Positions 38,815 to 51,300 of a stretch of DNA of 64,000 nt are shown here, in pieces. A program made the position numbers and the translations under genes. The notes beneath the pieces were generated by a model. It saw nothing but the letters and a program-made list of their open reading frames with translations. It searched no databases and had not been told where the DNA came from. Each line of letters begins with the position of its first letter. Within the stretch, counting starts at the first letter, position 1. This stretch comes from Octopus sinensis. Taxonomy: Eukaryota. The stretch lies in the NCBI RefSeq assembly GCF_006345805.1, contig NC_043004.1, forward strand, positions 68,820,001 to 68,884,000, given 5' to 3'.

Positions 38815-39660
38815 ACTCATATACAAGGAATTTGGAAAACTCAAAATGAGTAAACGGTAACCATTTTTCGTTTCGGTCATTTCAATCAACCCGATATTAT
38901 TATTTATTATTTTTTTTTTAATACATTCCGCTTGTTTTTGGAATTCTACTGGACGGACATGGTAAGTTGCGAAATAAAATTCCTGACAAAGTGATCAAAA
39001 AATGCACGTGTGTATGTGGTGTGTGCGTGTGTGTGTGTGAGTGTGTATGTGTGTGTGAGTGTGCGTGTGTGTGTGAGTGTGTATGTGTGCGTGTGTGTGT
39101 TTGTGTATTTGTGTGTTTGAGTGTAAGTGTGTATGTGTGTCTGTTTGTGTGTGCGTGTGTGTTGAAGTGCAGTACTCTATTTGATTGTAGCGAGGCAATT
39201 TAATTACGAGTGGAATTCATGAGACAAAAGAAAGCGAAATTAATGAATTCTTGTTATGATTTAATTCGCAGTTGAATTTTCACCTATATTTAGTCCATTA
39301 GTTAGATCTGGAGACGAATATGAAATAATGTAGAATGTTTATATGAAATAACACAGAGTATCCTAAAAATAACATTGATCTGTGTTAATTATTAAAATTA
39401 CTCCCCGACGGAAACGAAAGATAGTCGTAAGTAATAACTTACCATGTTATTTTGTAATTAGTCGCAAACCATAAGAGATACGGAGTGGAAAATTATCTGA
39501 AAATTATCTGAAAGAGACAGGTTCTTTCTTGATACTGAACCAATCATAACATGGCGACTGCTAATTGTTGTTAGGGAAGCTGGAGCAGGGGAAATAATCA
39601 ATGTGAGAAACAATCCCGAGTTGCTGCCCCTGCGTCGATTACCGCACTGCGGTCTATAAT
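38815..39660. repeat. Left inner arm of diverged inverted repeat (partner 41330-42310)
   Basis: Alignable by eye to the reverse complement of 41330-41650 and 41995-42310, with many substitutions and indels. Confidence 0.85.
39443..39653 (-). promoter_or_regulatory. Paralogue A promoter/5'UTR exon ending in ATG|GTAAGT
   Basis: Minus strand ...CAAAATAAC ATG (39445-39443) then donor GTAAGT (39442-39437); in-frame TAA five codons upstream; palindrome ACCGCAGTGCGGT at 39641-39653 conserved with paralogue B. Confidence 0.65.
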
Positions 39661-40507
39661 TCCCAGACTTTTCTACGTTCGTCTTTTAATGATTTTAGTC
39701 ATTGGACTGGAACCATGCTGGGGCGCCGCTTTAAAGGGTTTTAGTCGAGGGAATCGATCCCAGTGCTTATTTCTTGGTTCCTATTCGATGGGTTTATTTT
39801 GCCGAGTCACTAAGTTACGGGGACGTAAGCTATCTAACACGTGTTGTTAAACAGTTTTTGGAGTCAAACAAATACAAGAACACGTGCACGATGCGTTTAT
39901 CGGCTTCGTGTATTTCTACCCAAGCGTTACTTTGATGACGTGTGCTGCCCTCTCACTGAAAAATAACTATTACAATATTAATAATAGACAAAAACCTCCA
40001 ACAATTTCGCAACACATTGAGGAACCAAGAACTATTGTTTTGCACTAGGAGCAAACAGCAAATCTTTAAAACAGGTTGGAGCAGAGCTGTGCTGAACAGA
40101 AATTCATGAATTTTTTATTTACAATTTCATTATTATGTAACATATAAAGACAGAACTATTTTGATACAGATTTTGAAGACATTGCTAAGGAACGGTTTCA
40201 GTTTTGTAAGCAGACGAAACGGTCCTCACCCACGTGACTAAACTGACGGGGCATTACAGACTGGAAAACAGTATATCAGGAGTTCGAATTCTGGGGTACC
40301 TGCGCCCTTCCGAGGTGCACGACAGCATTTTAGGAGGCTGTGATAAGGAGAGGAAACTTTACCTTAAAACCATTTCACAGAACAAAATTATTAACTAGAT
40401 CTTTAAAATAACTTTGTTCAATTCAGCAAGCCAAAGTCTTTACAATTAGCCACAGTGTTGTATCTGGTTCAAGTTAGAAAAACAAAATTAGTTACAAGAA
40501 AACTGTT

Positions 40508-40915
40508 TAGGAGTGGCTGCGTGGTAAGTAGCTTGCTTACCAACCACATGGTTCAGGGTTCAGTCCCACTGCGTGGCATCTTGGGCAAGTGTCTTCTGCT
40601 ATAGCCCCGGGCCGACCAATGCCTTTTGAGTGGATTTGGTAGACGGAAACTGAAAGAAGCCTGTCGTATATATGTATATATATGTATGTATGTGTGTGTG
40701 TCAGTGTGTCAGTTTTTGTCCCCCCCCCCCCAGCATTGCTTGACAACCGATGCTGGTGTGTTTACGTCCCCGTAACTTAGCGGTTCGGCAAAAGTGACCG
40801 ATAGAATAAGTACTGGGCTTTCAAAGAAGAAGTCCCGGGGTCGACTTGCTTGACTAAAGGCGGTGCTCCAGCATGGCCGCAGTCAAATGACTGAAACAAG
40901 TAAAAAGAGTAAAAA
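40508..40915 (+). mobile_element. SINE family B
   Basis: Matches 22241-22655. Confidence 0.85.
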
Positions 40916-41336
40916 AAAATGAGTAATCGTATAATTTAGCAGGAAAGGAGCCTGCGTGGCCACGTCCTGAGAAGCTTCCTTCCCAAGTTCAAAGTTCAGT
41001 TCAACAGCGTGGTACTTTGGGCAACCGAAGCCTTGTGAGTGGATCTGGTAGACGGAGACTGAAAGAAGCCTCCCGTGTGCGTGCGTGTGTGTGTGTGTGT
41101 GTGCGCGCGTGTGTTTTTATGTTTGAGTCCCAATACTATTTAACAACCGGTGTTGGTTAACTTACGTCCCCCTAATTTAGTGACTCGGCAAAATAAACCC
41201 ATCGAATAGAGGCCAAGAGATAAGCACTGGGATCGACTAAAACCCTTTAAGGCGTTGCCTCTGCATGTTTCCAGTTCAATGACTGAAATAAGTAAAAGAC
41301 AAACGTGTAGAGAATAGAAATATTTGAGAATTGCAG

Positions 41337-41542
41337 ACCGCAGTGCGGTAATCGATATAAGGGCAGCAACTCATGATTCTTTCTCACATCGATTATTTCC
41401 CCTGCCCCAGCTTCCCTAACAACAACTATCAGTCGCCATGTTAAGATTTGTTCACTGCAAAAGAAGAACCTGTCTGTTCCATGTTCAGATAATTTCCCGT
41501 TAAGTATCTCTTATGGCTTGTAACTAATTACAAAATAACATG
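41337..41542 (+). promoter_or_regulatory. Paralogue B promoter/5'UTR exon ending in ATG|GTAAGT
   Basis: Palindrome 41337-41349; TATAA 41356-41360; TCA Inr-like A at 41386 (30 bp later); ATG 41540-41542 then GTAAGT 41543-41548; phase 0 joins the acceptor at 44062. Confidence 0.65.
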
Positions 41543-41697
41543 GTAAGTTATTAATTACGACTGTCTTTTATTTCCGGTTGGGAAATGATTTTAATAATTA
41601 ACACTTAAGCTCAATGTTATTAGAAAACACTTAAAAGTCGATATTTCGTTTATCACGATTGATTATGAGTTTTTATTTCATATAGACACTCATGTCG

Positions 41698-41948
41698 GTA
41701 CTAGTATCGTAGAGTGGTCCCGGTTTGCGCACACGCGCGTCCGCGCTAGCCAGACGTAGGCAGTCGATCCTACGAGCTGACTGGCGCATGCACGACATAT
41801 ACGATATATACTTGTATATATACGATATATACTTATATCGATATATACGTGTATATATACGATATATACTTGTATATATATACGATATATACTTGTATCG
41901 CACGTCCCCCGATTCGCGCAAACCGGGACCACTCTACGATACTAGTAC
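41698..41948. mobile_element. MITE with 33-bp perfect TIR (including flanking GTAC) and internal TATATACGA-type repeats
   Basis: GTACTAGTATCGTAGAGTGGTCCCGGTTTGCGC (41698-41730) and its exact reverse complement (41916-41948); absent from the paralogous arm. Confidence 0.85.
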
Positions 41949-42321
41949 TCTAATGTCTACATTATTTCACATTTGTATATTGATTTAGCTGTAATGGAAT
42001 ATATATTTAGGCCAAAATTCAATTGCGAATTAAATCATGATCAGAATTCAGTAGTCTCGCTTTCTTTTGTCTCGTGAATTCCATTCATAAATTCCATTCG
42101 TAATTAAGTATAAGTGCTACACTTCAACACACACACACGTGCATTTTCTGATCGCTTTGTCAGGAAGTTTATTTCGCTAATTTCCAAGTCTGGTTAATTT
42201 CCAAAACAAACGGAATGTATTAAAAAATAATAATAATTCTGGTGGGGACGTGATTAAAATCACCGAAACGAAAAAACGGTATTGTTTACGAATTCCAAGT
42301 TTTCGAAAACTTTAACATATA

Positions 42322-42495
42322 TTTCTTTACTACCCAAAAGGGGCTAAACACAGAGGGGACAAACAAGGACAGACAAACGGATTAAATCGATTTTACCGAC
42401 CCCAGTGAATAACATCCGATTTTACCGACCCCAGTGCGTAACTGGTACTTAATTTATCGACCCCGAAAGGATGAAAGGCAAAGTCGACCTCGGTA
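42322..42495 (-). mobile_element. SINE family A, 5'-truncated
   Basis: Reverse complement of the family-A 3' body. Confidence 0.75.
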
Positions 42496-42518
42496 AACTT
42501 TAACATAATAGGCATAGG

Positions 42519-43022
42519 CGCAGAAGTGGCTGTGTGGTAAGTAGCTTGCTTACCAGCCACATGGTTCCGAGTTGAGTCCCACTGCGTGGCACCTTGGGCA
42601 AGTGTTTTCTACTAAAGCCTCGGGCCGACCAAAGTCTTGTGAGTGGATTTGGTAGACGGAAACTGAAAGAAGCCCGTCGTATATATGTATGTGTGTGTGT
42701 ATGTTTGTGTGTCTGTGTTTGTCCCTCCAACATCGCTTGACAACCGATGCTGGTGTGTTTATGTCCCCGTCACTTAGCGGTTCGGCACAAGAGACGGATA
42801 GAATAAGTACTAGGCTTACAAAGAATAAGTCCTGGGGTCGGTTTCTTCGACTAAAGGCGGTGCTCCAGCATGGCCACAGACAAATGACTGAAAGAAGTAA
42901 AAGAGAGAGTGGCTGTGTGGTAAGGAGCTTCTTTCCCAACCACATGGTTCCAGGTTCAGTCCCACTGTGGCACATTTGGCAAGTGTCTTCTACTATAGCC
43001 TCAGGCCGACCAAAGCCTTTTG
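42519..43022 (+). mobile_element. SINE family B full copy followed by a second partial head
   Basis: Head at 42519; second GAGTGGCTGTGTGGTAAG at ~42907. Confidence 0.82.
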
Positions 43023-43414
43023 AATTCTCACTATATATACATGTGTGTAGGTATATAGGTATTCATGTAGGTAGTTAGGTAATTTTCAGAAGTTACAAGA
43101 GTGACTGAAAGGTCAAAGGTGTTATGCATGGTACTTTATTAAACAGGTCAATTTGATAAGTGGCTTCATGTAGGCATTTGACTGTGGCCATGCTGGAGCA
43201 CCGCCTTTAGTCGAGGAAATCGACCCCAGGACTTATTCTTTGTAAGCCTAGTACTTATTCTATTCGTCTCTTGCGCCGAACCGCTAAGTGTCGGGGACAT
43301 AAACACACCAGCATCGGTTGTCAAGCGATGTCGGGAGGCCAAACACAGACATACACAAACAAGTAAAAGAGTATATTAAATGCAAAGAATTTAATTGTAC
43401 ATAATTGTGTGGTA

Positions 43415-45345
43415 AGACACATAAACAAACAGACATAATTATGCTAATGTTAACATATAAGATACCGGGTGTATTATAAAGCTCACTTGAAATAATTGTG
43501 GTGAGACAGACAGACACATAGTTAGTGTTGAAATATTTAGTAGACGGTATATTAAAAATCTGACATGAAGAATATGTGGTGGGACAGATAGAAGGAAAGG
43601 TAATATGTTTACGGTTGAGTAATTAAGAAGTTCACTTTGTAATCACATGGCTTGCTGCCATTCTTCCATGAAAATATGCCTGACCAAGGTAAAAGTTAAC
43701 CTTACATTAAAACAGGTGAGAGTTGTTTGGAAAAGCATCCAACTGTAGAAAATTTACCCCCATGGACCTCATCCAACCTGTGCTTACATGGAAAATTGGC
43801 ATTAAAACTATGAGGATTATAATCATGACGAATGCTAGGAACATTAAAAGGTGAACAAGAAATAATTGATGACAGTGATATATTGACATATTGATAGTTA
43901 GTGTTAATATAATTAAAACTGAGTATTATATTAAAAAGTTAATTAGAAATAATTATAATGATGCCATCCATGACAATAATAATTTTTATTATTTCATTTT
44001 ATTTTGTTTCTTTAGGTTATTATTCTGTACCATTTATTTCTTTCTCTTCCCCTGTTTTCTAGACGGATCCAGCACCACAACTGTCACCTAAGGTGTCACC
44101 GAGTTCATCGCCATCCAAGAACACTTTACAGTCTTTCCAGGGACGCACTACACCATCACTGCAAAACACTCCCCTTTTCAAAAAGAAGAAAATCATCCCC
44201 AAATCTCCAATAGCAACCGCAAGGAGGCTGAATTTAAACCCAGAGGCTGCCCTGACTGATCGACCCGTGGTGAGACCCGAAAAAGCAGCTACAACTAAAC
44301 AAACAACCGCTAAGCCTCCTGCAAACCCACCACCACCTCCAAAGTTCATTGGACGCACTATAAGACGAATTCCTTCTTATGACGCCATCAAATGGTTGAG
44401 GCATTTGTTGAAACTACCTCCAAAAAGTGCCAAGAAGAAATCCTTTCATTTGATGAAGGGTTGTCGACCTTGCTGTGTCATTCTCAAAAAATTGCCTCTG
44501 GAACCATCCCAGAAATCTTTAGACCTTTCTCACTGTCCTCACTCTATGACAAAAACATTAAAGGAATGTTCGGCAGCATGTCGCTATGACTACGGCCGAG
44601 TTCACAGACCATGGATGATGCTTCAGCATCGCAGGATGAAAAGGGTATTTGCTGCTTTACTTTTCAACAAGACTCTTCGGTCTATGTCCGTAAAACTGGA
44701 ACCTTATGCCAAATCCCCAAAACTGCCAAAGCCTCAGTCAAAAGTAGGACCACCTCTACTTAGTGCTACACCAGGTAAAATGAGGTTTTTCTTCCTGGAA
44801 CTGAAGAGAAAAATCATCTTAATTCCTGTCATTGGCAATAAGATGGGGCAACAAGCCTATGAACTTGACAATCCACAGAATATTGGAATACTCTACAACA
44901 TTGCAGCATCTCTACAGAAATCTTCAGAGGAAACCGAACAGTGATCTTTCTTAACATTAGCTCTTGTCTCTTTATAAAATAATTCTGTACTTTGTTAAGA
45001 GTTTATTTTCCTTCTTGCCCCAATTTACTGGTTTCCGTCATTTGTATGCAGCCATGCAGGGGTTTACCATTTTCAAGTTTCTTTTTATATTTTTTTCTTC
45101 TTATTGCACCCATAATACTTTGTCAGCAACATATGTTATTGATCTGTGAAAAGATGAAGTATAACATCCAGTGGTACAACTTAATATTTTTTTATTCAGA
45201 TATAATTTTGTTGCCATTAAGGAGGGCATCCATCTGTAAAAACTATACCAAAGCAGACATCAGGGCTTGGCTCAGTCCTCTAGCTTAGGAGCTCCTGTCA
45301 AGCCATCCAACTCATGCCAGCATGGGGGACAGACATTAAATGATA
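43415..45345. repeat. Right outer arm of ~1.9-kb inverted repeat
   Basis: Reverse complement of 28415-30350. Confidence 0.95.
44063..44944 (+). CDS. Exon 2 of paralogue B: uncharacterised basic Lys/Pro-rich protein
   Basis: Acceptor CTTCCCCTGTTTTCTAG ends 44062; 882-nt exon, 293 codons + TGA; about 54 K+R vs about 16 D+E by hand count; KKKK NLS-like patch; VKLE SUMO-like motif. Confidence 0.75.
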   Translation, partial: TDPAPQLSPKVSPSSSPSKNTLQSFQGRTTPSLQNTPLFKKKKIIPKSPIATARRLNLNPEAALTDRPVVRPEKAATTKQTTAKPPANPPPPPKFIGRTIRRIPSYDAIKWLRHLLKLPPKSAKKKSFHLMKGCRPCCVILKKLPLEPSQKSLDLSHCPHSMTKTLKECSAACRYDYGRVHRPWMMLQHRRMKRVFAALLFNKTLRSMSVKLEPYAKSPKLPKPQSKVGPPLLSATPGKMRFFFLELKRKIILIPVIGNKMGQQAYELDNPQNIGILYNIAASLQKSSEETEQ

Positions 45346-45380
45346 ATAATGATTAACTCTGACCAGTTATTGTCTCTCTG

Positions 45381-45414
<34 letters not shown>

Positions 45415-45424
45415 TATATATTGA

Positions 45425-45755
45425 GGAGGCTCCCTTCAGTCATGAATGACCATGGGACTGCACCTAGAAGGTTATTTTCTGAGGCACAAGTCTGGGCAAG
45501 ATTGTTTATGGAAGGCTAGTAGTCACCCATGCATACCGACCTCCCCTCTCCACACCACTGATGTTATCCAAGGGAAAGGCAAAGGGGCTAATACAGCTTG
45601 GCACCAGTGATGTCGCAACTCATTTCTACAGCTGAGTCAACTGGAACAATGTGAAATAAAGGGTCTTGCTCAAGAACACAACACAAAGCCCGGTCTGGGA
45701 ATCGAACTCACAACCTCACAATCGTAAGCTCGATGCTCTAACCACTGAGCCATGC
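45425..45755 (-). mobile_element. SINE family C-like copy
   Basis: Shares GGAACAATGTGAAATAAAG..TCTTGCTCAAGAACACAA...GGAATCGAAC with 12250-12492. Confidence 0.65.
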
Positions 45756-46149
45756 ATCTTCACAAATGTATATATATATATTTATTACAATAAATGTAAA
45801 CAAAGTAATGTTTGTTTTAGAAGTGTTGAAATGTGTATTGTGAGATGCAAGTAAGATGATAATTTATTTTCAAATGCATAAATGCTGATAGAACAGCAGA
45901 GATTGAATAAGATAGCCATACAAAGTGGAAAAATTTGTCATGGCTCGTTACTGATAAATTTTTCTGCTTTTATCAGCGTTTATGCATTTGAAAATAAATC
46001 ATGAACGCGGATTGCAACAAGACATGGTAAAATAAAAGCTTTTTTTAAGCTTAAAAACAAATTCAGTAATTATTATTATTTTGCAGCTGTAAAGAAACTA
46101 AATTATTTTAAATTTACCAATACATACATACAATTTAGTGGTTTACATC

Positions 46150-48167
46150 GCGGATGTAAATGGCTGTGGATCGCCAATATCAACAGCTGACTCTTGCTGT
46201 TTGATACGCTCAAAAAACCATTTGAGAGTTTCTTAACTGTCTTCTTTGTCCCCAAGGATTACATTATTAGGAGCAAAAGCTTTGTGACAAGCCCCCCATT
46301 ATCTTGGATAAGTGTTGAGCATTTGGATCCATATCCTCGAACATAGAAAGACCTTTTTCGATATATGCAAATGCTTGCTGCATTTTCTTAATGGTAAAGT
46401 GACGTGGTTCAGGTTCGACTTCCCCTTCTTTATTTTGCTGCTCTTGAAGCTCTGTTCGTCAGGGGCTGCTTGTCCTTTTCAAATAAATCTGTGAAATCCT
46501 CCTCCTCCAAATCCATTTCCAGTTCTTTGCTCATAGTCACCAACATTTTGTTGATGGTAACATTATCAAACCACTTAAAATCATTCACAAATTGCAGGCA
46601 AAGCTTCTTCCATATACCATTCATAGCCGTGCTCTGTACATCATTCCTTGCCGCTGCTATGTTCTGTACAGCCTTGTAGATTACGTATCTCTTCTAAAAG
46701 TCACGAAGTGTGATGGATTCATCATGATCAGTTGCTGCTATTGCTTGTTGCAGCATACGCTTCATATAGTTATGCTTGAAGATAGCAATTATTCTTTGAT
46801 CCATTGGCTGCAGAAGAGACGTGGTATTCGGAGTGAGGTATACGATGGTAACATTGGATCAAAATCTACGATGTTTTGCAGGTGGCCAGGAGCATTATCT
46901 AAGATAAGTAAAATCTTAAAAGGAATTCCCTTCTCCTTACAGTACTTCTCTGGTGCTGGGATAAAATGATTGAAGAACCAAACTTCAAAAACAACAACAG
47001 TAACCCAAGCTTTTTAATTAGCCATCCATATAAAGCAGGGAGAGATGCCTTGGGTATGTTCTTCAGGGCACAAAGGTTGTGTGCATGTTACACAAGCAAT
47101 GGCTTTAACTTAAAATCTGCACAATTATCTCCCAACATAATGGTCACACGTTCTTTTGAAACCGTGTAGTTTTCTCCTTTTCTCCTCCTTGGAAATGAAT
47201 GAACGATCTGGCAGCCTTTCCAATACAATCCAGTTTCGGCTTTGTTAAAAATCTTTTTTTGAGAAGAAACCTGTTTTCTTCGATGATTTTCTTTAAGGCA
47301 TTAGGAAATTCGCTGCTGCTTGTTTGTCAGCTGATGCACTTTCACCTTGCTTCTTAATGGAGTAATGACTTCTTCGCTCCATAAATCTTATGAACCATCT
47401 TTGCCTTGCCTGAACTCTACTTCTTTCTCATCTGGATATTTTTTCTTTAGGTCCTCAAAGACAACGCTTTCTCTTGAATGATTTCTTGACTAATAGTAGC
47501 ACGCTGATGATTCAACCTAACAATCCAAAGAGAATGAAGACTATCCATTTCGTCAAAGATTTTGCCTCTTTTCTTATTGATGACAGTGTTTTTCATCCCT
47601 GGGGCTTCAGATTTGATATGTGCTAAAATCTTGTCCTTATTATGTACAATCGTCAATACAGTTGTCCAATTCATCCCAAAAGATCATGCAATTGCTACCA
47701 CTTTTTCACTTTTTACATGGCGTTTTATAATAGCCAGTTTATCTTCCAGCGATATAGCATGACGCTTAGCAGTTTCACTATGAATTTTCTTAGGAGCCAG
47801 GGGGGCAAAAAATAAAGTCACAAATGAATGGGAATGAGAAAGTAGCTGATAAATAGACGTAAACAAACCTGAATTCAAGGCAATCATGGGTGACACGACG
47901 CCTAACAGTAGATTATTGGAACTACAGTGTGATATGAGCTCTGAAAATCTGATAAATAAGACAACACAGCTGATTTCATTTCGTTCACTAAGCTACACTA
48001 ATTTATGGCGCATATGTTAACATTTACTGTACATATTTGAATATGAATTTATATGCTTTACAAATCCAATATTTGTGGCGGGCAGACCTAACTTGATTTT
48101 ATTTTCCCATATATCATTTTTGAAAACCGACATATAAGTGAAAACAACTTAAGTCGAGGTATGCTGG
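46150..48167 (-). mobile_element. Degenerate pogo/Tigger DNA transposon
   Basis: CENP-B-type HTH remnants (KRHAISLEDKLAII; WTTVLTIVHNKDKI; QEIIQEKAL), DDE_1-like remnants (ETGLYW...PDRSFIS; KERVTIMLG), TIR-like CAGCATACCTCGACTTAAG at ~48150-48167. Left end approximate. Confidence 0.8.
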
Positions 48168-48346
48168 TATATAGTGCCATACAGTAAAATACACGGTGCT
48201 ACAATGTAAAATACTTGCCCAAGGTTCAGCGCTGTGAGATTGAACAAACACCAAATTTGTGGAAAGCAAGCATCTTAAACACACTGGTACATCAATTGGA
48301 TGGATAGCTCGCTAGCTAGTTAGATAGACAGATAGATAGATAGATA

Positions 48347-51300
48347 ATCTTTATTAGCCACACAGGGCCGAACACAGGAGACAAATACAATGTAGAACTT
48401 TTCTTTTCAAAAGAAAAAATAAGAGGAAAATAAAAAAAAAAGGAGGAAAAAATTCCGATTAAAAAGGATCATGTGGGAAAAAAAGACAATCATCACAGAA
48501 CAGAGTAAAAATGTAAAAGAAACAGATTAGGTTTATCTGTGGAAAGATAAACCTATGAAAAAGACCACGCTCCCTCTCTCTTTTTTCAATTTACAGGATC
48601 CTGCTCAAAGTGGTTTCGTCATTTGCGCGTACCATCTTTACTACATTCACCCACATTTTATTGAATCTTTCACAAGACAAAACTTGCCTCTCTATTCTCA
48701 CCTTCCTTTTCAAGTGGTACTTGAAAAAGTTGATGAGTGGAAAGTGTTTGTCTCTAAACCTTTCACACACATTCTTTCACCATGGCCACCAGTACGATGA
48801 AAACTGCCTTGCCTTCCCAGTTAAGGGAAGGTGGCGGAGCAATTTTCACGACAGACAGACTCGGCCGACAACCGAATTCAACCGACAGCAGCCGTTCGGA
48901 ATAAGCCCACAGGTCCGAAATGGTTGGACACTGCACGTATGCAGAACAGTTTCGTCACTCTGACCGCATCTTGGGCAAGTCGGTCCGGTGTATCTCGAAC
49001 TGTGCCTGTAGAGCTTATCCCGAATGGGCAATACTTCCCAATAGTACTGACAGGCCAGGGATCTCTGGTGATTGTCCATAGGTCCCGGCCCGAAAGTTGT
49101 CCTGAACAGGCCGCTTAAGTGTTCCTTGTCGACGCCAAGATTCTGCCCGAGAACGTCGTCGCACCTCTCCTCCACTAATCCTCATTAGAACGCCTTCGTG
49201 GAAATGAAGTCGCACAAGCTTGGTCACGGACAACAGAGTTGCTTGAGAGCAACGCGACACTCGCGGTGCCATTCGCCTAGCCTCAGTCTCTGATCCACAA
49301 TTGCAGTTCGGCCAAAGAGATGAGCTGCGGGAAAGCATGCCTCACAAACGGCGACCACACCTGTTCCCCGTCTTCTATAAAGCGCCGGAGATGTCGCAGT
49401 CTCAGCGCATGTCTTCACATCATCAACCACGGCATGCCCAGCCCTCCATTTAGCGGGTGTTGACAGCAAATGGATCGCCTAACTATCGGAACGCTTCCCT
49501 TCCACACAAAGCGGAAGAGTATGAGTTCCAGTTTGGTGATGGTAAGGTCCGGACAAGTCACGACGGTCAGACGGTAATCGATGACGGATGCGATGTAAGT
49601 GTTCGCCACCTCCACCCGACCTTTTAGGGGTAGCTTCCTCTCGGCCCATTTCTGGGTGAGAGTGGCTACCCTACTCGTTATCTCGACAGTTCTTCTCCAT
49701 TTGGAGGTCCGGACCGAACCAGAATCTCAGCAATTTAACCGGTCCAGCGTCGCACGTTCGAGACGCTGTTGGACAGCATCTTGCTTCTCCAGCTGCCGAG
49801 CAGCAAGCCCACTGACTTTTTCTGGTTAATTTTCGCTCCCGTTACCGCTTCGTATTCTTTTAGTGTCTCGCCGACCAGGTCGATATGCCTGTGGCTTGAC
49901 ACTATCACGGTGACATCATCTGTGTATACAGACAGGCTCCTCCCGCATCCCAGTTCTCGTGGGATGTCCCTCAGCGTCGCCAGCTTCCGCAGTAGTGGCT
50001 CTAGAGTCAATACGTACAGAAGCGACGAGAGGGGACATTCTTGACGGACCGAACACGTGATGTTAAATGGTCTAGACAGATGACCATCTACGCAAACTAC
50101 TGAGCGGGTGCCGTTGTATAAGGCAGCGATCCAACCGCGGAAGACGGGACCGAAACCAGCCGCTCTAAGGACAGCCTTAAGTCGCGACGGTCGACCCTAT
50201 AGAAAGCTTTCGATTTATCCAAATTGATCAGCGCCCCACTCATGCCAGGTTCCTTAACTACCCTGTCTATGATGTAGCGCATCAGATGGAGGTTGTCATG
50301 GATACTCTTGCCCGGCACGGCGCAAGTTTGCACCTTGTCGACCAGTTTCTCGATGACAAGCGCCAACCTCTTGGTTAGCACCTTGGCCAAAATCTTCACA
50401 TCTGCATTGAGCAGAGTAATGGGCCTGAAGTTATCTATGACGTTCCCCGTGTTTGGATCTTTCTTTAACAGTGTCACCGCTCCTCACTTCACAGAAACGG
50501 AGATACTCCCGTTTTGCTGCCAGTTGCAGTAGAGTGTAGCCGAGATGCCTCCAAACATGACAATAGAGTTCGTAGGGCAGACCATCCAAGCCTGGCGAAT
50601 TGTCTTCCGCGCAGCCTGCCATTGCATCCCGTAGGTCCGCGGCTGTGATGGGTCTTTTACAACACTCCGCCTCTCTTGCTGAGAGTCGTGGCAGGCTATG
50701 CAGGTAGGCACTAAAGTCTACTCTGCGTTCTGACCCACCAGTTGTCCCGAACAGTTGGGCAAAGTGTTGTTGAAAGGCCTCACACATCCTTTCAGGCTCG
50801 AGTAATTCGGGCCCCTGCTCTGTCAGTGACATAATGGTGGCTTTGTTGCCTCGTTGCGGTTCCAACTCCTTCGTTCCTCAGAGCACGTATCCTAGCTCAG
50901 ACAACGCATCCTTCGTGTTTGGCGTTGAAGTGTTGGTCGAGGGCCAACCTCGCCGCCAGTACGTTGGACGTGATGCCAGTTCTGAGTGCCTCTTCTAATT
51001 TCTTAACTAGGTCTCCCTCTATTCTATTTCGGTCTAATGCTAGGGCCCTACTGTACCTAACCGATTCTGCTTTAATTGCTTTCTTTAGGGCATACCACCA
51101 TCTATTGTTTACGATGGCACTCGCCAATATTCTCTTAACTAATGAGCTAATCCGGTCCTTGTAAGCCTGGCGTGTCGTGAACGACGCGTTCAGCTTCCAG
51201 AATCTAAGTCAAGTGTACAGGTCACAAATTTGTGATCTGTGTAGCTGACTATATGGAATTGAGGACAACTTACACCATCCTTATCCACTGCCCTACAGAA

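Noticed and set aside
38959-38967. Another ATG|GTAAGT on the plus strand
   Set aside because: Not conserved in the paralogous arm and lies antisense within intron 1 of paralogue A; likely chance.
44059-44358. Antisense 99-aa ORF (mirrored at 29404..29703)
   Set aside because: Shadow of the Pro/Lys-rich sense exon; splice signals and synonymous changes support the sense frame.
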